Notes under the pieces: model-generated
The model's database searches: none
What the model saw: the letters and a program-made list of their open reading frames with translations, nothing else
What the model was told of the DNA's origin: nothing
Shown here: piece by piece, positions 34,881-44,856 of the stretch
Numbering within the stretch: the stretch's first letter is position 1
How the letters are laid out: every line of letters starts with the position of its first letter
Sequence record: MT710307.1
Strand: one strand, 5' to 3'
DNA length: 64,000 nucleotides
Program-made: the position numbers and the translations under genes

Positions 34881-36979
34881 TGGATGCTCGCCAAGTACAC
34901 GTTCGTGATCTCCGTAACCTGAACTCGGATCAGGTATGGCGACTTCGCGGACGTTATGATGTAACGTTTGATGATGGTGTGACTCAACCGATGTCGGGTC
35001 GCCACATCAAACTCAGTTGGCCGTACTGGGGCATCTCTCGATTCTATCCGCAAGTACCGACACCTTCCACGATGTGTTATCGTCGTGGGGGTGAGTGGGC
35101 AACGGATGATCGTCATATCGACCTGATGTCCGAAGCTGCTGTACTCGCCCGCAAAGCGGGCATTGATTTAGCCGATACCCGTTATCTGTTAAGTCAGCAC
35201 ATCTATGCCGATGCGTTCAACCTGACAGTGAAGAACTTGCTGTCTTATTGTACGACCATCGACATCGATACCATGATGCAGATTTACGACCATCCTGATT
35301 ATCAGATTATCCACGAGTGGGCAAAGCAGTACCCAAGTGGTTATGATGAAGAAGGGGTCGATAAGGTTAACGAAGCGTACGAGATTATCGAGCGCATCAT
35401 TCGTTCACCTGAGCTGGCAGACAACCCGGTGGCCATGTCGGTACTCGACAAAACCATCAAGATGGATCAGGTGCTCCAAGCCTATGTGCGTGGTAAAACC
35501 TCTGAAATCGATTCCCGTGTCTATTCGAATCAGGTATGGGAAGGGTTCTTCGGTGGTCTGAACTCGGTTATCAGCCGACTGAAAGAATCGGGTGCAACGT
35601 CACGTTCGCACCTGTACAACACCGACAAGATTGCGGAAGCAGAATACGGCTCCCGTAAACTCCAGCTCGCTGCAAATGTGCTGACCCACTTCACCTTAGA
35701 TGACTGTGGTACCGAGCACGCTCACGAACATACGTTCCGGGACACCAAAGAAAGCCAGACGCAATACGACGCCATGGTCGGGATGCGTTTCCGCTTCAAC
35801 GGTGAAACGGGGCCGTGGCGCGTGTTCGAGAAAGGCCACTTCGAGGATGTGGTTGATAAGCCTCTCCTGTTCCGATCTGCCATGACCTGTCGCCATATGG
35901 CGAAACAGGGCATCTGTGCAGTCTGTATGGGCGACTTGGTGTACAACCTGTCGGAGAAAACCTCACCGGGTCACTTGGCATCCACCTCCATCTCGGAGAA
36001 AGGTACCCAAGGGATTCTCTCAACGAAGCACCTCGACTTCCTGCGTGAACTGTTTACGCTGGTTATCGGTGGACGCATCAAAGGCTACTTCCGTGGCTAT
36101 GAGAAAGGGTCAGAGAAAGGTCTGCGTTTACTCGACAAGCCGGAGTTCGGTACGTGGAGTGAATACTCACTGGTGGTGTCTGAGAAGATGCACTCTGAGC
36201 TGAGCCAGGTGGCGTACTACGACAACCTCGAAGACATTGATGAAACCTCTCTGCCAGATGTCACAGACGTTACGTTTGTGCGTTTGAATGCAGATGGTGA
36301 ACCGTGTGGAGGGGAATCACTGGATGTCCGTATGGGCGTCTGCGGGAACTTCTCGAAAGCGTTCTTGTCGTACTTCCTGAAAGTGCGTGACGAGATCCAG
36401 TTCATCCGCAAAGGTGAGATTCGTATTCCAATGAGTGGCTGGAAGCCGAAAGCGCCGTTCCTCATTTATACTAACCGTTCTGAATCCATGGCAGAGTTCG
36501 TCGCCGGTCTTGAGACCAAGCTGCGTTCTGTTGCTGCGGACAAGAACGAAACACCGATGGACTTCACCACGGATGCCACGGTGAAAATGAGTAAAGATGG
36601 TAAAGTCAAGACGCTTACCTTGGTGGAGATGGGTGGGTCTACCGAACGTCAATGTACCTTTGCGATGTTCGATACCTTCCGCTACATTAACCGTAAGCTG
36701 AAAGGGATTCCGATGACACACATCGGTATCATGCTTGCCATTTCTCGTGTGGAAAGCCCCATCAATCCGTTCCCAGCGGTAGGGTTCGATAAGGAAACTG
36801 CCATTGATGGTATGGGTAAACGGTTCTTAGACCACAATACGTTGATTGCGATTCGTAGTGCTGCCCCGATGTTGTTCTTCCAAGGTCAGCAAGACAATCT
36901 CAACCGCGTAGGGTTCTATACCACACGTAAGATTCCGGCGTCGTTGTATGACGGGTCATTCAAAACACGGTTGCATTAA
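34877..36979 (+). CDS. non-virion RNA polymerase beta' subunit, C-terminal part (phiKZ gp74-like)
   Basis: DDCGT and CRH...GICAVCMG Zn site; trigger-loop-like ISEKGTQGILSTKH. Confidence 0.88.
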   Translation: MMDARQVHVRDLRNLNSDQVWRLRGRYDVTFDDGVTQPMSGRHIKLSWPYWGISRFYPQVPTPSTMCYRRGGEWATDDRHIDLMSEAAVLARKAGIDLADTRYLLSQHIYADAFNLTVKNLLSYCTTIDIDTMMQIYDHPDYQIIHEWAKQYPSGYDEEGVDKVNEAYEIIERIIRSPELADNPVAMSVLDKTIKMDQVLQAYVRGKTSEIDSRVYSNQVWEGFFGGLNSVISRLKESGATSRSHLYNTDKIAEAEYGSRKLQLAANVLTHFTLDDCGTEHAHEHTFRDTKESQTQYDAMVGMRFRFNGETGPWRVFEKGHFEDVVDKPLLFRSAMTCRHMAKQGICAVCMGDLVYNLSEKTSPGHLASTSISEKGTQGILSTKHLDFLRELFTLVIGGRIKGYFRGYEKGSEKGLRLLDKPEFGTWSEYSLVVSEKMHSELSQVAYYDNLEDIDETSLPDVTDVTFVRLNADGEPCGGESLDVRMGVCGNFSKAFLSYFLKVRDEIQFIRKGEIRIPMSGWKPKAPFLIYTNRSESMAEFVAGLETKLRSVAADKNETPMDFTTDATVKMSKDGKVKTLTLVEMGGSTERQCTFAMFDTFRYINRKLKGIPMTHIGIMLAISRVESPINPFPAVGFDKETAIDGMGKRFLDHNTLIAIRSAAPMLFFQGQQDNLNRVGFYTTRKIPASLYDGSFKTRLH

Positions 36980-36982
36980 TAC

Positions 36983-37008
36983 AGAGGGGCAGATGCCCCT
37001 CTTTTTTT
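36983..37008 (+). terminator. intrinsic terminator
   Basis: AGAGGGGC-AGAT-GCCCCTCT plus T-tract. Confidence 0.75.
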
Positions 37009-37020
37009 GTAGAGGGGTAT

Positions 37021-38727
37021 ATGCAGCAGATTAACATCACGCACACCACCATGGGGGTGCGAATTGAAGTTCCTATCCGACCCGTTGAGATTGCCATCAA
37101 GACATGGGCGGAACGGAATCTGCACGCCCCGAAAATGGGAAAAGAGCGCGGCAAGATTACCGTGGAACAAGGAGATGGCTACTACGCCCACATGGAAGGC
37201 GCACGTAGCTTTATCTTTCACAAAGCCCACCTTGAGGAAATCCTCTCCATTATCAAGAACGCTATCATTGAATACCGTCTTGAGGTGGAGGTCAAACACC
37301 ACAAGGTCGAACGGGCAGAACCTTACCGTTGCACCTTTGAAAACTTCGGTACGCCGATGGTGGTCGACGATCCGGAATCGCGCTTCTATTACCAGAATGA
37401 CGTGGTAGAGAAAGCACTTGATCCGAACCGTCTCCAGACTATCTTTGCCATCGACACTGGCCGTGGGAAAACGAAGTCGCTGCAAAAGGTGATGGTGCGT
37501 AAGCAAGTGCGTACCGCCCTCATCATGCGCCCGACGTATGTGGACAAATGGCTGTTCGATATCTGCGAAGACCCGACCGGGTTGCAGATTGACAAAGACA
37601 AGGTTCTGGTCTGTCGTGGCGTCCAAGGAATTATTGAAGCCTACGAGATGGGACTCAGCGGGGAGTTAGACCGCCGGGATATCCGGGCGATTATCTTCCC
37701 AACCGTTTCGCTCCAATTGTTCCTGAAAGAGTACATCAACACCGGCCACTCGATGGGTCTTGACATTGAGCGGTTTTACGATGTGATGGGTGTGGGTTTG
37801 ATCGGAATGGATGAGGTGCATGAGCATTTCTATTTGGTGTATCTGGCCGGGATTATCCTGAACCCTTGTGCATCGATTGAAATGTCAGCCACCTTAGAGC
37901 CGGGTGCCGCGAAGACCTTTATCATCGCGCGCTATCTGGAACGATTCCCGGTGGACTTACGGCTGTCCGTTGAGCGTATTAAGGTTGTTGACATCCGCGC
38001 GTTCTATTACACGCTGGATGACAAGAAGTTGGCGTGGTGGGCGACAAAGATGTCCCCGTACAACCACAAGCTGTTTGAAGGTAAGTTGATTCGCGAAGGC
38101 TTCCACGTTTCGTATTGCGAGATGTGGTGGAATCTGATCGAGAAGGTGTATTTGTCCAATTACCAACCGGGACAGAAAATCATCATCTTGTTCTCAACCG
38201 TTGACATGTGTGAGTTCTTCACCCAGTTCCTGCATCAGAAGCTGGCGGGGAACGAACAGTTCAGCGAGTTGATGGTGGCGAAGTATAACGGTGGCGATTC
38301 GTATGATGACTTCATCATGGCGGAGTTTGGTGTCTCTACGCCGAACAAAGCCGGTACCGCGATAGACAAACCGGGTATGGTCCACATGATCGTGACAGTG
38401 CCAGTAGATGACCAACAGCTGAACTTACAGATTGCCGGACGTCCGCGTCCCGTGCGTGAAGTGTTCGGTTGGGACATGAACCCGATTGTGTGGTTCGGGC
38501 ATTGCATGAACATTGCTAAACACGGTACGTACCTGAACTCACGCATGCGCTCGCTGCGTGACACGGTATTGTCATTCAAGGTTGCGACTTCCCCTTATGT
38601 TGTAAGGAAAACGTATGATAACGCCCCCACTTCCAGCCGCCCCAACAGCCCCTTACGCCGGATTGACGTTGGCAGACTTTCTCGTAAAGGTGCTAAGGGC
38701 CTATCCCGGCGCAGAAAGCGCCGCTAA
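37021..38727 (+). CDS. SF2 (DEAD/H-box-like) helicase (phiKZ gp75-like)
   Basis: Walker A DTGRGKT, DEVH, SAT, motif VI QIAGRPR. Confidence 0.92.
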   Translation: MQQINITHTTMGVRIEVPIRPVEIAIKTWAERNLHAPKMGKERGKITVEQGDGYYAHMEGARSFIFHKAHLEEILSIIKNAIIEYRLEVEVKHHKVERAEPYRCTFENFGTPMVVDDPESRFYYQNDVVEKALDPNRLQTIFAIDTGRGKTKSLQKVMVRKQVRTALIMRPTYVDKWLFDICEDPTGLQIDKDKVLVCRGVQGIIEAYEMGLSGELDRRDIRAIIFPTVSLQLFLKEYINTGHSMGLDIERFYDVMGVGLIGMDEVHEHFYLVYLAGIILNPCASIEMSATLEPGAAKTFIIARYLERFPVDLRLSVERIKVVDIRAFYYTLDDKKLAWWATKMSPYNHKLFEGKLIREGFHVSYCEMWWNLIEKVYLSNYQPGQKIIILFSTVDMCEFFTQFLHQKLAGNEQFSELMVAKYNGGDSYDDFIMAEFGVSTPNKAGTAIDKPGMVHMIVTVPVDDQQLNLQIAGRPRPVREVFGWDMNPIVWFGHCMNIAKHGTYLNSRMRSLRDTVLSFKVATSPYVVRKTYDNAPTSSRPNSPLRRIDVGRLSRKGAKGLSRRRKRR

Positions 38728-38995
38728 GGCATTGTGTCAGGACCCGGAGATTAACCGGGCCTTTCACTACTACACGATTACGGAACACTTCACGTCCTGC
38801 TTTATCATGCAGCGTGGGTTAACGTATTTCGTCACTCGTACGTCCAGTATTCGTGGCACTGCGGCGTACGAACTTTATTCTTACGAACTGTGGAACAACA
38901 ATCCCGCAGGGAATACCGATGAAAACCCGAAGGTGGCCTACCGCCTCTTCTCGGACAAATGGCATGATTGGGTGACTGTACCACATAACGGTTAA
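38615..38995 (+). CDS. hypothetical protein overlapping the helicase C-terminus
   Basis: TAAGGA RBS before ATG 38615; fills the gap to the next gene. Confidence 0.5.
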   Translation: MITPPLPAAPTAPYAGLTLADFLVKVLRAYPGAESAAKALCQDPEINRAFHYYTITEHFTSCFIMQRGLTYFVTRTSSIRGTAAYELYSYELWNNNPAGNTDENPKVAYRLFSDKWHDWVTVPHNG

Positions 38996-39049
38996 TTACA
39001 CGGTTAGTGTATATTGTGTAGAGTCACTTTCATTAATAAGGAATATCCG

Positions 39050-39664
39050 ATGTCTCGTCGTAAAAAGCAGCCTGGTTTTAGCCCGCGTGAAGCAGCACGC
39101 GAACGTGTCCGTAGCATCATGCGTGGCATGAACACGACTGAGAGTGTTTTCCTCGGTCATTCAAAAACACACGCCGAGAAAATCGACCGTGAGTTTGAAC
39201 GTATCAATTCGCTGATGGGTGAAGACCTGAAAGCGTATTTGGCGGAGTGGTTAAAGCACTCTCAGGCTGCCTTCTTGGGTGCCATGCAAGACTTCAAAAC
39301 GCGCCTGTTCGCGGTGCGTACTGATGCCGATGCAAAGGCAACCAAACTGATGGCGGTCATCGACAACCACAAGTGGGACGAAATCAAAGACGTCGTGGTT
39401 GTGGCTGAGCTGGAACTGGCGGACTTTGACATTCAGGTGGATAACGTGGCACAGGAAACCCTGCTGTCCATCGTTGAAGCCGGTGCGGCGTACGAACAGC
39501 GTCGTGAATGCGTCCGCGTGGGCCTGAACAACAACTGGTCGCACGAAGCAATTCTGACCAAGCTGCGCGAGCTGGATGCCCAAGCTGCCGAAGAAGCACT
39601 GGTAGCGGCAGAAGCGGCCGCAGCTGAACACGTAGCAGAGCAAGAGGAACCTGCGAATGTCTAA
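39050..39664 (+). CDS. hypothetical coiled-coil protein
   Basis: TAAGGA RBS before ATG 39050 (MSRRKKQPG...). Confidence 0.8.
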   Translation: MSRRKKQPGFSPREAARERVRSIMRGMNTTESVFLGHSKTHAEKIDREFERINSLMGEDLKAYLAEWLKHSQAAFLGAMQDFKTRLFAVRTDADAKATKLMAVIDNHKWDEIKDVVVVAELELADFDIQVDNVAQETLLSIVEAGAAYEQRRECVRVGLNNNWSHEAILTKLRELDAQAAEEALVAAEAAAAEHVAEQEEPANV

Positions 39665-41687
39665 CGATCCGCGTCCGTCGTTCGGTGCTGCCGAACCGGA
39701 AACGGCTGAGGTGCGACTTCCTCCGCGTGACACCCTTGTGGGTAAGTCCGCGGAAGAGGTGGCCTTCGAGCTGGTAAAACTCAATCCCACTTTTTCTTTT
39801 GCCGAAGCAACTGAACGCGCGAAAGGTCTGGTGGTGTTAAACGCCCCGGTAGAAGATACCCCACCGCCTGCGGTGGATGTACTCGACCAACCGATGATTC
39901 GTGAAGCGTCCCCGGAAAACCTCGCGGCCCTGCAAAGCACGGAAAACCAACTGGAGCAGCCGGTCAAGCTCGATCTCTCTCCGGCACAGCCCGCAGTTGT
40001 TGAACCTGCGCCGCAGCCAGCGGTACAGCCGCGTGCTGAGCATATTGCTGAGCCACCACCGGTTGTGCGTCAAGAACCGGCCCCACAACCCGTGCCTGTT
40101 AAGGCGGAAGTGATCCCGGCTCCGGCACTCGATGCCGAAGATGCTCCGGCTGACCGCGATGAGAAGACGCCGAACCTCTCGAAAGAGAAACGTCGTCAGA
40201 TTGATTTCGGGCCAGAACCCCACCGTGCTGAAGTTACCAGCATGGACCCGGAAGACCCGCACCGGGTGCTGACACAAAGCGATGAGCTGGTCGGTACCAC
40301 GCTGCCGCTGGCCGGTGAGCAGGAAGTCATGCAGTTCTTCGCCAGCATCCCGCGTAACCGTGAAGGGCGTCCGATGTTCCGTTCAGCCGCCGAAGAGGAG
40401 CGTTATCAGAAGCTCTTTACGGCGCTGGAACTGACCCCGCCTATCATGATTAACAACCGTGCCGCGTTTGACATGGCGCTGGAGCGTGAAGATACGGCGT
40501 GGCAACAGACCATCCAACTGCCGAACGGTAAGTACGTTTCTGCGGTTACTGACCGCGGTGCGAATGCCCAAGGTGCGATGGCTGCCCTGCGTCGTCGTCG
40601 TGGTTCCGGTTCGCCGGTCTCGGTGTGGCTGCCTGCAACTGGTATCTTTGTTGGCTTCCGTGCCCCGCATGAAAACGACATGTGTGACTTCGATATTCGT
40701 ATCACGTCAGAACAGTCGAAAATCGGGATGTTCACTTACGGTCTGCTGTTGGCCTCGTCCTCGGGCGTGTATCTCCAGCACATGATCGAACACTCGCTGA
40801 ACTTTGCAGTGGACACCACCTACGACTGTCAGGGTCTGGACATTAAGACCGCCCTGATGGACATCGTGGATGTGGACGACTACTGGTTGCTGGTCATCGG
40901 CCCGCTGATGGCGAAGTTCCCGGCCGGTATTCCGTGGAAGCTGCTGTGCCCGAACCACGAATGTGGTCACGAGCGTGAAGTGCGTCTGAATCTGGCCCGC
41001 TGCATCCGTATGGCAGATGGCCTGTTCTCTGACCTGCACCGTTCGCTCTGGCTGCGCCAGCGTGGTAAAGGCCCGGATGCTATTATCGGCAACGCCGAGT
41101 ATCTGGAATACCGCAAAGAACTGCCGAAGTCCAAAGCCGCCCGTTTCCATTACGAGCAGCTGGGTATCACGGTAGAGTTCGGTCGTTCGACCATCGGTCA
41201 GTTCATTGACAACACCAATGCGTGGGTAGAGAAGATTAACAGCTCTGCCACCAACGCACTGGCGAACCATGCAACTGAAACCGAGCGCTCGCAATACATC
41301 CGTCTGGCTGCTGAGAACCGCCGCCTGACCCGTTATGCGACACACGTTAAAGCTATCATCGTTGAAGAGACGGTGAAAGGTGAACCGGTTGAGACCCGCG
41401 AAGAAGATCCAGACCGTATTTTCGAAATGTTAGAAGAACTCTCTTCTGACCGCATGTACGTGCTGGCATTTGAAAACGCGCTGTCCACTTACAACGAAGA
41501 ATCGCGCATGGCCGTGTTTGGTTACATGGGTCACGCGTGTCCGAGCTGTAAGACCGGCGAGGGCGAAGAAGACGGTCCGTTCCGTGGTATTGTTACCATC
41601 AGCCCGGACAAGGTTTTTTTCGCGCTATCTCGTGTGGTGTTCGAGATACAGAGAGTCTACTTACAACAATTCGAAAATATTGGATAG
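39657..41687 (+). CDS. conserved protein with a P/E-rich N-terminus and two CxxC-type sites (phiKZ gp77-like)
   Basis: 676 aa; CPNHECGH and CPSC; position after the helicase block. Confidence 0.65.
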   Translation: MSNDPRPSFGAAEPETAEVRLPPRDTLVGKSAEEVAFELVKLNPTFSFAEATERAKGLVVLNAPVEDTPPPAVDVLDQPMIREASPENLAALQSTENQLEQPVKLDLSPAQPAVVEPAPQPAVQPRAEHIAEPPPVVRQEPAPQPVPVKAEVIPAPALDAEDAPADRDEKTPNLSKEKRRQIDFGPEPHRAEVTSMDPEDPHRVLTQSDELVGTTLPLAGEQEVMQFFASIPRNREGRPMFRSAAEEERYQKLFTALELTPPIMINNRAAFDMALEREDTAWQQTIQLPNGKYVSAVTDRGANAQGAMAALRRRRGSGSPVSVWLPATGIFVGFRAPHENDMCDFDIRITSEQSKIGMFTYGLLLASSSGVYLQHMIEHSLNFAVDTTYDCQGLDIKTALMDIVDVDDYWLLVIGPLMAKFPAGIPWKLLCPNHECGHEREVRLNLARCIRMADGLFSDLHRSLWLRQRGKGPDAIIGNAEYLEYRKELPKSKAARFHYEQLGITVEFGRSTIGQFIDNTNAWVEKINSSATNALANHATETERSQYIRLAAENRRLTRYATHVKAIIVEETVKGEPVETREEDPDRIFEMLEELSSDRMYVLAFENALSTYNEESRMAVFGYMGHACPSCKTGEGEEDGPFRGIVTISPDKVFFALSRVVFEIQRVYLQQFENIG

Positions 41688-41725
41688 ACGCCGACGACGT
41701 TCCAGCCGAAGCTATTATCACTGCC

Positions 41726-42094
41726 ATGAAGCTGGACACCACCTCGCTGTTCAAACGGCGAGACAGTCGACCTATCACGTATCAAGAAGCGCATGACGAG
41801 CTACTCTCCACGTACGACGGGATACTCGGGTTAGAGACCGGTGAGAACAACATCAGTGTCTCTGACTTCGAGAACCCCATCAACCAGAGCTTGTATGAAA
41901 TCTGGGCGACCACGTACGTGCGTGAAGGTATCAAGGAACTGTTTGGTTACGACCTTGATACCTGGCTTGATAGGCCGCGTTGGAAGTTGATGAAGCATCT
42001 GGAAATCGCAAAACGTCGTCGCGCTGAGCTAGACAATGCTAAGAAAGGCGCAATCCCGCCAGAACTTGAGAAAGAACTGAAAGGGCGCATCTAA
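41726..42094 (+). CDS. small conserved hypothetical protein
   Basis: 122 aa, followed by a terminator. Confidence 0.7.
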   Translation: MKLDTTSLFKRRDSRPITYQEAHDELLSTYDGILGLETGENNISVSDFENPINQSLYEIWATTYVREGIKELFGYDLDTWLDRPRWKLMKHLEIAKRRRAELDNAKKGAIPPELEKELKGRI

Positions 42095-42122
42095 GGGAGC
42101 TTCGGCTCCCTTATATTTTTTT
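42092..42122 (+). terminator. intrinsic terminator
   Basis: TAAGGGAGC-TTCG-GCTCCCTTA plus T-tract. Confidence 0.85.
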
Positions 42123-42153
42123 GTTGTTATGAGACCCATTTTAGGAAACCGTC

Positions 42154-43008
42154 ATGACTGACTTATACGAAGACTATGCCGACACACTCGGTCTGGTGAG
42201 ACAAGAAGGCCGTCTGGCCCCGGTGTTAGACTTAGTGTCGTTAGCTATCGAGTATGGTTACGATACGACGCTGATGGACATTTATACCGGTCAAATCCCG
42301 GACATGAACGAAGAGTGTCTGCGACTGGAAGCGCTGATTAACCGTTGTGCCTGTGCATTGGCGCAGCGACTGGGTGTGGGCTTGAACCCACAGGTGGCGT
42401 ACCGCAAACCCAAAGAGGTTGTGCGTATCCTCCACGGCCTGACGTCTGCCTTTGAAGAGTTCGAAGACACCGACACCCTGTACGGGGTGCTGTTGTCCGG
42501 TGAACCGCCTGCGTACATTCTGGAAAACATGGTGCGCTATGTGTACGGCGATAACGACCTCCACTTCGAAGACCTGATTGTCGTGGTGGAACCGCGTGTC
42601 ATGAACGTGATGCGCAACTTCCTTGCCGCGACGTCTGCTGAACAGCAAGCAGAAGGTACCGATAACCCGCGTACCCAACGCGTGGTGCAATACCTGCGTG
42701 TGTATCCGCAGAACCCGTCAGCTTACGTCTTCCTGAACCTGAGCGATACCTCTGACATCAACAGTGTCATCAGTGCGCTGGATTTCAGTGAAGAGGGTGG
42801 TGTTGGGGAAAGTGAACTGCTTACCATCTACGCGGTAGGATTATCCATCATTGAGAACGACACCTTTGATGAAGCCTACGCGGCACTGGAAGGGATGCTT
42901 GAGCTGATTAACAGCGATGAAGCCCCAGAAGACCCTATCCTGCGTGATGGCTTAGCAGGCTTGAAATCCATTTACGGGGAAGAGGAGCAAACTGATGAAC
43001 CGGATTGA
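42154..43008 (+). CDS. conserved acidic protein (syntenic with phiKZ gp79)
   Basis: 284 aa, TATG and AGGA upstream; precedes the vRNAP subunit. Confidence 0.65.
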   Translation: MTDLYEDYADTLGLVRQEGRLAPVLDLVSLAIEYGYDTTLMDIYTGQIPDMNEECLRLEALINRCACALAQRLGVGLNPQVAYRKPKEVVRILHGLTSAFEEFEDTDTLYGVLLSGEPPAYILENMVRYVYGDNDLHFEDLIVVVEPRVMNVMRNFLAATSAEQQAEGTDNPRTQRVVQYLRVYPQNPSAYVFLNLSDTSDINSVISALDFSEEGGVGESELLTIYAVGLSIIENDTFDEAYAALEGMLELINSDEAPEDPILRDGLAGLKSIYGEEEQTDEPD

Positions 43009-44293
43009 GTATTTGATTGCTGCGTGTAATGCCGAGGCGTGGCGTCGACTCGTCTGGCGTATTGGCTTGTTCAACGTCTGTATCTTCCCCGAAGCGCATG
43101 AGCGCCCGGAACAGTATGACCTGAACTTCATTGAAGGGATGGCCCATTACTGGGACGAGGTGAACGGCCATTGGGAGTGGGTGCCCATTAAGGACGCTGT
43201 AAAGGACGCTGAGCTGTTTGTGCCTGAAATGCGATTCCAGCTACCGGTTGGCGGTTATCCGGGCTTAGAGAGCGCGGTAGAGACGTCTGTGGGGCGTTAC
43301 GTGCTGAACTGGATAGTCATCTATTACGCCTTTGAGAAACGGATGCCGTATCTGGAAACTGGCCATCCGATGGACATCCGTAAAGAGATGTACAGTCGCT
43401 GTGTGGACTACGAGGAAGATGACCCGGAGAACGTGGGTGCTATCCGTCCGAGTATGGTTGACCGGTTCGTTAACGGGCTGGCGGAACTGGCTCCACTGGC
43501 CAAAGCAATCGCCCCGACCGGCACCCTGCGTTCGTGGACGGTTCACCCTGACACGTACAAAATCCGTGATGCCCTGCTTGAGAAACACAAAGACGAACTG
43601 GATAACCCGGCCGTCATCGTGAAGATTGAACAGGCACTGGATGAACTCGATAAAGAGTGGCTGTCCGGTGACCAGTCTGTGCAGTATTACGCCTCGAAGA
43701 AATCCCGCATGCGCCGTCGTAAGCTGATGCTGATGTACGGGATTGAATCCGCCTTCCAAGAAGGTGCCGACTTTACCCTGATACCGAATGCACTGGTTGA
43801 GGTGGATAAAGAAGGACTCAAGAATCTGGTCGCGAAGTATAACTCGATTCGTGACGGGTCATTCTCCCGTGGTGCAGAAACCGCGAAAGGGGGTGAGCAG
43901 GTACGTATCATCCAGATGATTTTCCAGAACCACAAAATCGTCGAGGGTGATTGCGGTACGAAGCTTGTCCATCAGGTCTTTATCACCGAACTCAACGTGA
44001 AGCGTTATCTCGGGATGAACGCCATGGTCAACGGCAAGCTGACACCGATTACCGACGGCTTCCTGAAAGCCAACCTGGGCAAAATCATTAACCTGCGACG
44101 CCCCATCCTATGTCAGATGGGTCACGTCGACTGCTGCGCGGCTTGTGCCTCGAATGAGAAAGCCAAAGAACCGCGCGCGATTGCCGCCGATATCTCCACC
44201 GCGTTCTCGAACGTCATGGGTGTGGCAATGGCAAAAATGCACGGTTCTGACACCGTGGTCGTCGAGTTCAAACCCAAACTTCACATCACTTAA
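42995..44293 (+). CDS. virion RNA polymerase beta' subunit, middle part (phiKZ gp80-like)
   Basis: Bridge-helix-like RGAETAKGG, GDCGT, LRRPILC, CCAACA Zn site. Confidence 0.85.
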   Translation: MNRIEYLIAACNAEAWRRLVWRIGLFNVCIFPEAHERPEQYDLNFIEGMAHYWDEVNGHWEWVPIKDAVKDAELFVPEMRFQLPVGGYPGLESAVETSVGRYVLNWIVIYYAFEKRMPYLETGHPMDIRKEMYSRCVDYEEDDPENVGAIRPSMVDRFVNGLAELAPLAKAIAPTGTLRSWTVHPDTYKIRDALLEKHKDELDNPAVIVKIEQALDELDKEWLSGDQSVQYYASKKSRMRRRKLMLMYGIESAFQEGADFTLIPNALVEVDKEGLKNLVAKYNSIRDGSFSRGAETAKGGEQVRIIQMIFQNHKIVEGDCGTKLVHQVFITELNVKRYLGMNAMVNGKLTPITDGFLKANLGKIINLRRPILCQMGHVDCCAACASNEKAKEPRAIAADISTAFSNVMGVAMAKMHGSDTVVVEFKPKLHIT

Positions 44294-44304
44294 AAGGATA
44301 TATC

Positions 44305-44814
44305 ATGTCTCAGCCAGTTAAAGACTCGAGCACCCAAAATGCTGCGCGTCCTGAAACCCTTTCCGTCACCAGTCCAACGTACGGCAACGATGAACAGAGT
44401 CAGGTTAAACTGATTGCCGATATGCTGGACACTGCCGGTAACACCGTTGGCCGTAACAAGTCACCGAGTGCCCAGAAGAAATCCGAAGCCTACGGTCAAC
44501 TGCACAATGCGTTCCGTAACCTGTTCAAACTGCGCGGCCAAGCATTCCTCGATGGCTTCGCGTGCTTCGTAAACGCCGTGAACAAATACCCGGACGGGAT
44601 TTTCTATCTGCCGCTGGTTAACGAAAACCTGTCAGACTTCAGCAATCAGGCTGAGCGTGAAGTGTTCATGATCTTTATCAATAACACCGTGCGTTTCGCG
44701 CGTTCTTCGAACAAAGCGAACTTCGGCCAGATTAGCAACATCGATCGTCTGACCTCGCGCATGTCTGACCCGGAACTGCGCAGCCTGCTGCGTGCTGCGT
44801 TCCTCGTCGAATAA
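44305..44814 (+). CDS. hypothetical protein
   Basis: 169 aa, AAGGA RBS. Confidence 0.8.
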   Translation: MSQPVKDSSTQNAARPETLSVTSPTYGNDEQSQVKLIADMLDTAGNTVGRNKSPSAQKKSEAYGQLHNAFRNLFKLRGQAFLDGFACFVNAVNKYPDGIFYLPLVNENLSDFSNQAEREVFMIFINNTVRFARSSNKANFGQISNIDRLTSRMSDPELRSLLRAAFLVE

Positions 44815-44856
44815 AAATAAAGCTACCTACTCCTAATGGAGTAGGTAGTCTTTTTA
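44812..44856. terminator. bidirectional terminator
   Basis: CTACCTACTCC-TAAT-GGAGTAGGTAG between convergent genes. Confidence 0.85.

Noticed and set aside
39251-41345. Minus-strand ORFs of 146-238 aa opposite the 39050 and 39657 genes
   Set aside because: Antisense shadows with no RBS or motif.
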